DNA of 64,000 bases from Candidatus Gottesmanbacteria bacterium RIFCSPHIGHO2_01_FULL_40_15 (GTDB taxonomy: Bacteria; Patescibacteriota; Microgenomatia; 2-02-FULL-39-11), in assembly GCA_001779115.1 (NCBI GenBank), contig MFJF01000015.1, positions 86,491 through 150,490 of the forward strand, written 5' to 3'. Shown piece after piece: positions 29,696 through 38,311 of the stretch. The translations under genes and the position numbers were made by a program. Under the pieces are notes generated by a model. That model was not told the origin of the DNA. It did no database searches and worked only from the letters and a program-made list of their open reading frames with translations. Each line of letters opens with the position of its first letter. Positions within the stretch are counted from its first letter, which is position 1.

Positions 29696-29908
29696 ATGAA
29701 ATTTATAAAACTGATGTTATTTCTTATCAGCATAAGTTTGATTTTTCCTTCAAAATCACACGCTTATATTGATCCCGGTACTGGCAGTTATCTTTTTCAG
29801 ATAATTGCAGCATCCCTTATTACCGTGCTTCTATCCGCCAGAACATTTCTGAAATTTGTCCGCAATATCCTTGGTCGGATAACTTCTTTCAAAAAAAGCA
29901 AGAAATGA
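29696..29908 (+). CDS. Small membrane protein: signal peptide, YIDPGTGS motif, TM helix and basic tail
   Basis: MKFIK, hydrophobic core, SHA cleavage-like site, YIDPGTGS, second hydrophobic helix, KKSKK; ATGA overlap with next gene. Confidence 0.75.
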   Translation: MKFIKLMLFLISISLIFPSKSHAYIDPGTGSYLFQIIAASLITVLLSARTFLKFVRNILGRITSFKKSKK

Positions 29909-31317
29909 GCAGTGTAAAAATCAATCCCTCTTCATTCCGGGACAAAAGCGGATATGTTTTCCGTACCCAAAGCGGTCTGATAATCCGCACCGTCAACAAG
30001 ATATATCAGGAGGATTACGATCATTTAATTAAATCGGGACTTTTAAATGAATTATTCAAAAACAATCTGCTGGTTTCCCACCGTGAAGAAGAAGTGGGAA
30101 AATACTTTCCCGGTGATTCCTCAATTTACAAAATTTTGGCGCCGCGTAAAATTCCCTTTGTAACTTACCCGTATGAATGGAGCCTGAGTCAGTTAAAAGA
30201 AGCAGCGCTATTGACCTTGAAAGCTGCCCGGTTGGCCCTTAAGTACGGGATGATTCTCAAAGACGCTTCAGCTTATAACGTTCAGTTTGTCGGTACCAAA
30301 CCGGTTCTGATTGACACCCTGTCTTTTGAAAAAAGAAAAAAGAATAATCCCTGGCCGGCTTACCGGCAGTTTTGCCAGCATTTTCTGGCCCCGCTTGCCC
30401 TGGTTTCTTTTAGGGACGCCAGATTAATAAACCTGTCGGGTGATTTTATTGACGGGATTGATCTCGATATGGCTGTCAACCTTCTGCCCCGACGGTTCAT
30501 GCTGAACATCCACCTCTTTATCCATCTCTATTTGCATTCTAAAGGGCAAAAATTGCTGGGAAAAAAATCTCCGGAAAAAATAAACCCGGGCCCTGTTGAC
30601 AGTAATAAAATTGCCAATCTTTTTGAAAGTCTTGAGCAAGCCGTTAACTCCTGCGGCAAAAAAAAAGCATCCGGTTTCTGGGCACAATATTATTCGGATA
30701 ATAATTATTCTGTTACCGCTCTTGAATACAAAAAAAAGATAATTGCCGATGCTTTTAAAAAAACTTCAAAAAGTGTTGCTGTTGATATCGGAGCCAATAC
30801 CGGATTATTCAGCCGTTTGGTTGCCAAAAATTCCCGGTACGTTATTTCCCTTGATAGTGATCCCGATGCTCTTGATGTTAACTTTAATCTGGCACAACAA
30901 AAAGGTATCGGAAACATTCTGCCTCTTTTTGCCGATATTACTAATCCCAGTCCGGCCATCGGCTGGCGTAATTTGGAAAGACAATCCCTTATTGAGAGGC
31001 TTCCCGGGTCAAATGTTTTAGCCTTAGCTATAACCCATCATCTTTACTTTTCCAATCATCTTTCATTTCTTTCTCAGGCTGATTTTTTCAATTCATTTGC
31101 TGAATCGTTATTAATCGAATATATTCCCGACTCTGACAGCCAGGTTAATTCCCTGATCGGGATGAGAACACTTGATTTATCCACTTACTCCGAAAAGCAA
31201 TTTACCGGTGATTTTGGAAAATATTTCCGCATCATAAAGCGCTTTCCGGTTAATCAGTCAAAAAGAGTTATTTATTTGATGATAAGAAAAAATGCGTTAA
31301 AAAAAAGAAGTGTTTAA
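29905..31317 (+). CDS. NoeA-like protein with N-terminal kinase-like domain and C-terminal class I SAM methyltransferase
   Basis: SFRD-x-SG, YPYEWS, LKDASAYN (DxxxxN loop), LIDTLSF, then VDIGANTG (motif I) and LALAITHH. Confidence 0.8.
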   Translation: MSSVKINPSSFRDKSGYVFRTQSGLIIRTVNKIYQEDYDHLIKSGLLNELFKNNLLVSHREEEVGKYFPGDSSIYKILAPRKIPFVTYPYEWSLSQLKEAALLTLKAARLALKYGMILKDASAYNVQFVGTKPVLIDTLSFEKRKKNNPWPAYRQFCQHFLAPLALVSFRDARLINLSGDFIDGIDLDMAVNLLPRRFMLNIHLFIHLYLHSKGQKLLGKKSPEKINPGPVDSNKIANLFESLEQAVNSCGKKKASGFWAQYYSDNNYSVTALEYKKKIIADAFKKTSKSVAVDIGANTGLFSRLVAKNSRYVISLDSDPDALDVNFNLAQQKGIGNILPLFADITNPSPAIGWRNLERQSLIERLPGSNVLALAITHHLYFSNHLSFLSQADFFNSFAESLLIEYIPDSDSQVNSLIGMRTLDLSTYSEKQFTGDFGKYFRIIKRFPVNQSKRVIYLMIRKNALKKRSV

Positions 31318-32854
31318 CATTCCTTACCTGCATACTATTCTATTCAGCATCTACCCGGTAGTTACTCTTTATTCCCAGAATCTGTACCAGGTGCTGATAA
31401 AAGATGCGTTTTTCCCCGCCATTGTGATGTTGATCTCCGCTTTTTTACTGATTTTTGTTCTTCGTTTACTCTCCGGTAATACCCGTCTGATTACGCTTGC
31501 TGTTTCTTTATTTTATCTATTAATGTTTTCATACGGCACCGTATCCAAATATATGGCGCGAACAGGGGGAATTAATGAATTAACTGGTCAATGGTTGTCG
31601 GTTTTTATAATTATCCTGTTATATTTTATCTCTCTGAAACTGTTAAAAGTTAACAAGATACATCTTTTAGGATTTACCTCCTTTGTTAACAAAATTTCTC
31701 TGCTGATAATTATCATTCCCATTGTTCCCATCGTTTTTAATTTCTATTCAGGAATGCAGTTTCGGAAAAAAGCACTGAGTGATATTTCCAAAACCCAAAA
31801 AGTTGATATCGGAAATATTGGGAATTTGCCTGATATTTATTATCTAATATTTGACCGATATGCTTCACAAAGCACATTGTCCGGATACTTCGGTTTCGAT
31901 AATTCTTCATTCTCCGATTATCTTGAGAATAAAGGTTTCTATTTGGCACAAAACAGCTGGGCAAATTATTACTCTTCAGCCCATTCATTGACCTCCTCCC
32001 TTAATATGGATTATTTGGATAATATAATAAATTCAGCGCCTGCCGGACCTGATGATAGGGACTGGACTTTGCTTTATAACCGCCTGGAAGAAAACGCTGT
32101 CGCTAAATCCCTGAAAAGCATTGGCTACAAGTATTATCATTTCGGTTCCTGGTGGTGGCCTACAGGCAAAAACCGTCTTGCTGACGAAAATATAAATTTG
32201 GGATATTTATCGGAATTTTCAGCCCGTTTGGTTGACAGCAGTATTTTATTCCCTTTAGCCAAAAAGTATAATTTTCCGCTGTTAGACAGCCGATACAATC
32301 AATGGCGCAGGATTAACTACCAATTCGACAGATTGGAACGGATTCAAAGTGAAAACTCGCCGGTCTTTGTTTTTGCCCATTTCATTATTCCCCATGAACC
32401 GTTTGTTTTTGAATCTGACGGTAAATTTTTAACTGCACAAAAAGAATCTCAAAAAGATATTAATGAAAAATATCTGGATCAGCTGGTATTTCTTAACGGA
32501 AAAATAAAATCATTTGTCGATATCGTTGTAAACAGTAGAGGCGGTAACTCCGTCATTATCCTTCAGTCGGATGAAGGTCCCTATCCGGTGCAATATGAGA
32601 GCAATAAGGATAGCTTTGACTGGACAACGGTTGATTACCCTTTGGTGTCTCAAAAAATGGCAATTCTTAATGCCATTTATTTTCCTGACGGTAATTATGA
32701 AATCCTAAAAAACGGACTGTCACCCGTTAACACGTTCAGAATTATTTTTAACCGCTTTTTGGGCCAGAATCTGCCTCTTCTGCCGGACCGTTATTATTTA
32801 GGTAACATGTCACAGCCGTATAATCTGATTGAATATAAAAAACCTCCCCAATAA
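31310..32854 (+). CDS. Membrane-anchored alkaline-phosphatase/sulfatase-superfamily (LTA synthase-like) protein, paralog of 10449-11999
   Basis: 5 TM helices, PDIYYLIFDRY, ANYYSS, H-x-x-x-PHEPF, LQSDEG; GTG start overlaps upstream stop. Confidence 0.75.
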   Translation: MFNIPYLHTILFSIYPVVTLYSQNLYQVLIKDAFFPAIVMLISAFLLIFVLRLLSGNTRLITLAVSLFYLLMFSYGTVSKYMARTGGINELTGQWLSVFIIILLYFISLKLLKVNKIHLLGFTSFVNKISLLIIIIPIVPIVFNFYSGMQFRKKALSDISKTQKVDIGNIGNLPDIYYLIFDRYASQSTLSGYFGFDNSSFSDYLENKGFYLAQNSWANYYSSAHSLTSSLNMDYLDNIINSAPAGPDDRDWTLLYNRLEENAVAKSLKSIGYKYYHFGSWWWPTGKNRLADENINLGYLSEFSARLVDSSILFPLAKKYNFPLLDSRYNQWRRINYQFDRLERIQSENSPVFVFAHFIIPHEPFVFESDGKFLTAQKESQKDINEKYLDQLVFLNGKIKSFVDIVVNSRGGNSVIILQSDEGPYPVQYESNKDSFDWTTVDYPLVSQKMAILNAIYFPDGNYEILKNGLSPVNTFRIIFNRFLGQNLPLLPDRYYLGNMSQPYNLIEYKKPPQ

Positions 32855-32863
32855 AAAATAACG

Positions 32864-33979
32864 ATGAAATTAGCCATAGTCTATGACCGGGTAGTTAAAT
32901 TCGGCGGCGCGGAAAGAATTTTAATGGCTCTGCATGAAATTTGGCCAAATGCTCCGCTTTATACGGCCGTCTACCGGCCGGAAAAAGCCCCCTGGGCCCG
33001 GCGTTTCCATATCAGAAGTTCTTTTTTGGATCATATTCCCTATGCCGAAAACATAATAGAGGTTCTCCCTTTTTTTACGCCCTACGCTTTTGAAAATTTC
33101 AATTTTGACGAATATGATATTGTTATCAGCATCACTTCCCAGGATGCCAAAAGTATTATCACCAAGCCGCAAACATTTCATGTCTGTTATTGCCTTACTC
33201 CAACCCGCTATTTGTGGAGCGGGTTAAATGAGTATTATAACCAGCCGGCTGCCGGTATTTTTAATCCCGGTGTACGTCTGGGTATGAAACTGTTTGTCAA
33301 CAAACTTCGCCGGTGGGATAAAATTTCCTCAAAAAGACCTGATAGTTATTTGAGTATATCCAAAACGGTAAAAAGAAGGATAGCTGCCTATTACAATAGG
33401 GAGTCTAAAGTTATATATCCGCCTGTAGATACGGAAGTTTTTAATCTGCCTAAAGTTAAAACTCTGAATGATTATTTTCTCATTGTCAGCAGGCTGGTGC
33501 CTTATAAAAGAGTAGATTACGCCATTGAGGCATTCAGCCAATTACCTTACCGGTTAAAGATTATCGGCTCCGGAATTGATGAGAAAAGGCTGAAAAAAAA
33601 CGCCGGAAAAAATATTGAATTTATCGGCAGTGATTTGACAGACCGGAAATTAGGCTGGTATTATCAGAATTGCCTGGCGCTGATATTTCCCGGTGAAGAA
33701 GACTTCGGCTTGACGGCAGTTGAAGCACAAGCTTGCGGACGTCCGGTAATTGCCTTGGGGAAGTCAGGTACAACGGAAACGGTAATAAACGGAAAAACAG
33801 GCTTATTTTATGATGAAAAGTCTGCAGACAGTTTGATAAGCGCGGTCAGGAAATTTTTCAAATACAGCTTTAATCCGGAAAACTGCAGGCAAAACTCACT
33901 TCGTTATTCGAAAAAACAGTTCAAACAGTTGATGAAATCTGAGATTGAAAATATTCGGCAAAACCTAAAATCAGTATGA
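32864..33979 (+). CDS. GT4 family glycosyltransferase (WbaZ-like mannosyltransferase)
   Basis: GGAER, CLTPTRYLW, IYPPVD, SRLVPYKR, EDFGLTAVEAQACG. Confidence 0.9.
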   Translation: MKLAIVYDRVVKFGGAERILMALHEIWPNAPLYTAVYRPEKAPWARRFHIRSSFLDHIPYAENIIEVLPFFTPYAFENFNFDEYDIVISITSQDAKSIITKPQTFHVCYCLTPTRYLWSGLNEYYNQPAAGIFNPGVRLGMKLFVNKLRRWDKISSKRPDSYLSISKTVKRRIAAYYNRESKVIYPPVDTEVFNLPKVKTLNDYFLIVSRLVPYKRVDYAIEAFSQLPYRLKIIGSGIDEKRLKKNAGKNIEFIGSDLTDRKLGWYYQNCLALIFPGEEDFGLTAVEAQACGRPVIALGKSGTTETVINGKTGLFYDEKSADSLISAVRKFFKYSFNPENCRQNSLRYSKKQFKQLMKSEIENIRQNLKSV

Positions 33980-35058
33980 AAGCAATCATATTTGCCGGAG
34001 GCGTGGGAAAACGCCTTTGGCCGCTATCCCGAAAAAGTTCACCGAAACAGTTTGAAAAGATTATCGGGGATAAATCAACTCTGCAGCTTTCAATTGAAAG
34101 CATTTTGCCGGTTATTTCCTGGCAGGATATAAATATTTCAACCAATACCAAATATATCGGTCAGGTAAAGGAACAACTGCCGGTTTTGCCCGAAGAAAAT
34201 ATAATAGGAGAACCGGAAACAAGGGATGTCGGCCCTGCTGTTGCCCTGGCGACCGCTATTTTGCATAAAAAAACCCCGAAAACCCCCCTGGTAATACTCT
34301 GGAGCGATCATATTATCAAAAAAACCGGTCTGTTTCTTGATATTCTAAACTTTTGCCGTGAATATATTGAAAAAAATGATAAAAAAATTATCTTTATCAG
34401 CCAGAAAGCCAGATTTGCCAGTCAAAACCTGGGCTGGATAAAGTACGGTAATGTTAAATTTATCAAAAAAAATATTTCCTTTCATGAGTTTGCCGGTTTC
34501 CGTTACCGTCCTTCCCTGAAGGAAGCTGAAGATTTTCTCCGGGCAGGTAATTATGCCTGGAATACCGGATATTTTGTCACAACCCCTTCCTTTATCTGGT
34601 CTCTGTTTAAAAGCCACCAGCCTGAAATGTTTAAAAGCATGGAAAGAATTTCCAAAGCTTATTTAACCCCGCAATTTGAAAAAGTGCTGGATATTGAATA
34701 CCGGTTGCTGCCAAAAATTTCCTTCGATAACGCCATATTGGAAAAAATTAATATGGATAACGCTTTCGTTGTCGCGTCGGATTTGGGTTGGAGCGATATT
34801 GGAGCCTGGGAAGCTTTAAAGGAAGCCCTCCAGACGGAATCCGAGCAGAATGTAGTGAAAGGAAAAGTAGTCGTTACCGACTGTGAAGATTCGCTGATTT
34901 ATAATTATACCGACCAGCTCCTGGTGGCAATAGACGTGGATGGTTATCTTGTCGTCAATACCAAGGATGTTGTTCTGGTTTGTCATAAAAATTCCGTCCC
35001 CAAAATAAAAAAACTGGTGGAAAAACTATCCAAATCAGAAAATGATCATTTAGTTTAA
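33976..35058 (+). CDS. manC: Mannose-1-phosphate guanylyltransferase
   Basis: AGGVGKRLWPLSR-x-x-x-PKQF, GEP, SDH, WNTG, ISFD, GWSDIGAW. Confidence 0.88.
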   Translation: MKAIIFAGGVGKRLWPLSRKSSPKQFEKIIGDKSTLQLSIESILPVISWQDINISTNTKYIGQVKEQLPVLPEENIIGEPETRDVGPAVALATAILHKKTPKTPLVILWSDHIIKKTGLFLDILNFCREYIEKNDKKIIFISQKARFASQNLGWIKYGNVKFIKKNISFHEFAGFRYRPSLKEAEDFLRAGNYAWNTGYFVTTPSFIWSLFKSHQPEMFKSMERISKAYLTPQFEKVLDIEYRLLPKISFDNAILEKINMDNAFVVASDLGWSDIGAWEALKEALQTESEQNVVKGKVVVTDCEDSLIYNYTDQLLVAIDVDGYLVVNTKDVVLVCHKNSVPKIKKLVEKLSKSENDHLV

Positions 35059-35080
35059 TCCGTTATTTAACTCTTGTTAT

Positions 35081-35740
35081 ATGGTTGATGTTTCCGGAGA
35101 TTTATACGACAGATACTTAAAAAGGTTAACTGATTTTTTCCTTTCAACTGTGCTTATTATTTTATTTCTTCCGGTATCGGTTGTTTTGGCAATTTTGATT
35201 AAATTCGATAATCCCGGTCCAATATTCGCCGATACGCCGGAAAGGGTAGGCCAGAACGGCAGGCTTTTTAAAATGTTCAAGTTCCGTTCAATGATAGTCA
35301 ATGCCCATATGATTCTAAGACAGGATCCCAAATTCCGCGGTTTATATGCCAAATACAAAAGGAACAGTTATAAATTAAAGGATGATCCGCGGGTAACGAA
35401 ATTGGGAAAATTCATGCGCAAACATTCGCTGGATGAAATCCCCCAGCTGTTTAATGTGCTGATAGGCGACATGAGTCTCATCGGTCCGCGGGCTTATTAT
35501 CCGGATGAGTTGGATAATCAGCAGAAAAAATATCCCAAGACTCGTATTCTGGTAAAAAAAGTCCTGTCAATAAAGCCGGGTATTACCGGTCATTGGCAGG
35601 TATCAGGTAGAAGCGAAGTCAACTTTGACAAAAGAATCGCCATGGATGCCGATTATGTTCAAAAGCGGTCCTTGTGGTATGATGTTAGGATTCTTTTGGT
35701 TACCCCTTGGGCCATGATTACCGGCAAGGGTGCTGTCTGA
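35081..35740 (+). CDS. Undecaprenyl-phosphate glycosylphosphotransferase (Bac_transf, priming glycosyltransferase)
   Basis: KR-x-x-D, KFRSM, DDPRVT, SLDEIPQLFNV-x-x-GDMSLIGPR, KPGITG-x-WQVSGR. Confidence 0.93.
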   Translation: MVDVSGDLYDRYLKRLTDFFLSTVLIILFLPVSVVLAILIKFDNPGPIFADTPERVGQNGRLFKMFKFRSMIVNAHMILRQDPKFRGLYAKYKRNSYKLKDDPRVTKLGKFMRKHSLDEIPQLFNVLIGDMSLIGPRAYYPDELDNQQKKYPKTRILVKKVLSIKPGITGHWQVSGRSEVNFDKRIAMDADYVQKRSLWYDVRILLVTPWAMITGKGAV

Positions 35741-35742
35741 AA

Positions 35743-37662
35743 ATGAACCGGAATTTCAGAAAAATCAAGTTTAATGAAAACGGGGCAGTTTCCGTAAAAA
35801 ATGTCAAAATCCCGCTATTTTTAAGTAAAAAGGGTAAACTCCTGTTGGCATTTTTTATCGCGCTGTTATTTATCTTTTTCCTGGCTGTATTTTTCCCGGC
35901 ACGCCAAATTGCATCAGACGTCCAAAAAGTCAGGGCTTCAGGAAGCCGGGTTTATGAACACGCCAAAAACCAGGATCTGGATAAAGTGTCAACAGAACTT
36001 GAAGTATTCAGGAGTGATCTTATTGCTTTGCAGTCTTCGGTAAATAAACTTAATTTTTTAGGAATTTTACCAGGTGTGGGTAGATATCAACAAGACAGCC
36101 GTCATCTTGCTGCCGGAGCCGTGTATGCTTCCGAGGCGCTTAAAGAAACCGTTCAGACTCTCATGCCGTATTCTGATTTATTGGGGCTAAAAGGCCAGTC
36201 AACTTTTGTATCCGGATCAGCCGATGACAGGATCAGGACAGCTGTTGAAACGATAGAAAAGATTGTACCCAATATAGACAAAATAGGCCGTTTGATTTCA
36301 CTTGCCGAAAAAGAAATATCATCTGTCGATTTCAACCGGTATCCCCAAAGAGTTGCCGGAAAAAACGTCCGAAGCAGTTTAATATCAGGAAAAAAACTTT
36401 TCTCGGAAACTGCCGTGCTTTTCACTAAAGCACAACCGTTTCTTAAAAACCTTCCCGATATTTTGGGAAATAAGGAGAGTAAAAAATATCTTTTTCTTTT
36501 CCAGAATGATGCCGAACTTAGGGCAACCGGAGGATTTTTAACCGCCTATGCAATTTTTAATGTTGACAAGGGAAAACTTACAGTTGAAAGGTCGGATGAT
36601 ATCTACAAGCTGGATGAGGCAAAAAAGAAGCAATTTCCGGCACCCGAAAAAATTCTGACATATCATAAAGGCGTCACCAATTTCCACCTCAGAGATTCAA
36701 ACCTGTCGCCTGATTTTTCCGTTTCAATGGCAACTTTTGAAAAATTATTGAAAGACTCAAGCGTTGATTTGGGAACATATGACGGAATAATAGCCCTTGA
36801 TACCCATGTTCTCGTATCAACAATTGAAATTCTGGGTGATTTTAATATCAATGGCCGCACTTTTTCAGCCGAAACCGATAAACGATGTAACTGTCCTAAA
36901 GTCATCTATGAATTGGAAGATTATGCCACCAGGCCGGTAGCTTACGTCAGGGAGGACAGAAAGGGAATAATCGGATCACTTCTTTATGAAATAATGCATA
37001 AAGCCCTCGGTGTTTCCCCATCTCAATACTGGGGAAAACTTTTTCAGATGTTTATAGATGAAGCCAATCAAAAACATATTCTATTTCTGTTTAAAAATGA
37101 AGATGCCCAAAAAGGTATTGAAGCTCTCAACTTCGCCGGGAAGATAATGGCGTATGATGGTGATTATCTCCACATTAACAATGTCAATTTTGCCGGTGCC
37201 AAATCCAATCTTTATGTTAAAAATTATGTCACTCAGGAGATTCAAAACAAAGAAAATAAAATCGAAAAAACCCTGACCTTGACTTATAAAAATCCGGCTC
37301 CGGCCTCAAATTGTAATCTGGAAGCCGGTCAGCTTTGTTTAAACGGAATATTGAGGAACTGGCTAAGAGTGTATGTTCCCCGGGGAAGCAAGCTCTTGGA
37401 ATTTAAAGGTTCTGAAATGGATGTTAAAACATATGATGAATTGGATAAAACCGTTTTCGAGGGGTTCCTGACGGTTAAACCGCAGGGATCGGCAGAAGCC
37501 AAAATCGTCTACCGGCTTCCTGAAAACTTTCCCGCAGATACGCCTTATAAAATACTTATCCAAAAACAACCCGGTACCGGTGAAGAGGAATTTACAATAA
37601 AGGGGCAGGGGAGAGAGGAAAAGCTCATCCTTAACACCGACCGGGAAATAATCTTCAACTGA
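35743..37662 (+). CDS. DUF4012-like exported membrane-anchored protein
   Basis: N-terminal TM helix, helical stalk, FQN-x-AELRATGGF, RDSNLSPDF, AKSN, RVYVP-x-GS; typical neighbour of priming GTs. Confidence 0.75.
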   Translation: MNRNFRKIKFNENGAVSVKNVKIPLFLSKKGKLLLAFFIALLFIFFLAVFFPARQIASDVQKVRASGSRVYEHAKNQDLDKVSTELEVFRSDLIALQSSVNKLNFLGILPGVGRYQQDSRHLAAGAVYASEALKETVQTLMPYSDLLGLKGQSTFVSGSADDRIRTAVETIEKIVPNIDKIGRLISLAEKEISSVDFNRYPQRVAGKNVRSSLISGKKLFSETAVLFTKAQPFLKNLPDILGNKESKKYLFLFQNDAELRATGGFLTAYAIFNVDKGKLTVERSDDIYKLDEAKKKQFPAPEKILTYHKGVTNFHLRDSNLSPDFSVSMATFEKLLKDSSVDLGTYDGIIALDTHVLVSTIEILGDFNINGRTFSAETDKRCNCPKVIYELEDYATRPVAYVREDRKGIIGSLLYEIMHKALGVSPSQYWGKLFQMFIDEANQKHILFLFKNEDAQKGIEALNFAGKIMAYDGDYLHINNVNFAGAKSNLYVKNYVTQEIQNKENKIEKTLTLTYKNPAPASNCNLEAGQLCLNGILRNWLRVYVPRGSKLLEFKGSEMDVKTYDELDKTVFEGFLTVKPQGSAEAKIVYRLPENFPADTPYKILIQKQPGTGEEEFTIKGQGREEKLILNTDREIIFN

Positions 37663-37683
37663 AATAGATCAGAATCTCCATTC

Positions 37684-38235
37684 ATGCAAAAAACTTATAA
37701 AACTGAAGTCATAATAATCAAAACATTTGATATGGGAGAAACAGACAGGCGCCTCACTGTTTTTTCCCGGCGTCTGGGTAAACTGATCGTAATTGCCAAA
37801 GGAGTGAGAAAAATTAACAGCCGCCGGGCTCCTTATCTTGATTTGTTTAGTCATCTGACCCTTTTTCTCTCAAGGGGCCGGACTTTTGATATAATTACGG
37901 ATGTGGCCCCCCTTAATGTTTTTTCAAAAATCAGGGAAAACCTGCCGTCGATTGCCGTTGCTTTTCATATGGCGGAGCTTACCGACAGGTTGCTGCCTGA
38001 ACGCTTTCCCCAACTTCAAATATTCTCCCGACTTCTCCATGACCTGATCATTCTGAATTCTGTGAAAAACGCTCAGTTAAAAGCTTTATGCGACAACTAC
38101 GGACTCTTTTTGCTTTGGGAACTTGGATACCTGCCACCGGCAACCGTTTTAACAGGCAGTAAATTGGACCGGTTTCTTGAAGAAGTAATGGAAAAAAAGA
38201 TAGAAAGCTCGCGTCTATTGACAAAATTGAGCTGA
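37684..38235 (+). CDS. recO: DNA repair protein RecO
   Basis: GETDR, GK-x-x-x-IAKGVRK-x-x-SRR, short CPR-type form. Confidence 0.88.
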   Translation: MQKTYKTEVIIIKTFDMGETDRRLTVFSRRLGKLIVIAKGVRKINSRRAPYLDLFSHLTLFLSRGRTFDIITDVAPLNVFSKIRENLPSIAVAFHMAELTDRLLPERFPQLQIFSRLLHDLIILNSVKNAQLKALCDNYGLFLLWELGYLPPATVLTGSKLDRFLEEVMEKKIESSRLLTKLS

Positions 38236-38245
38236 CCGATAAAAT
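38218..38245 (+). promoter_or_regulatory. Sigma70 promoter for glyQS (TTGACA-16 nt-TAAAAT)
   Basis: TTGACA 38218-38223 and TAAAAT 38240-38245, overlapping the recO 3' end. Confidence 0.6.
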
Positions 38246-38261
38246 TATTTTGCCGTTCTCT

Positions 38262-38295
38262 TCCCGTTCCTTGTGGCTAAATGACGGGATTTTTT
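38262..38295 (+). terminator. Hairpin plus U-tract between recO and glyQS
   Basis: TCCCGT(T) pairs with (G)ACGGGA, followed by TTTTTT; the loop is large (about 14 nt). Confidence 0.45.
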
Positions 38296-38311
38296 ATAAA
38301 GCAGAATTCAT

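Noticed and set aside
29696-31317. RiPP precursor with modifying kinase/methyltransferase
   Set aside because: The peptide has a Sec-type signal and TM anchor rather than leader/core architecture, and no RiPP protease or transporter is nearby; not fully excluded
38236-38311. T-box riboswitch upstream of glyQS
   Set aside because: Only 76 bp are available and there is no T-box consensus
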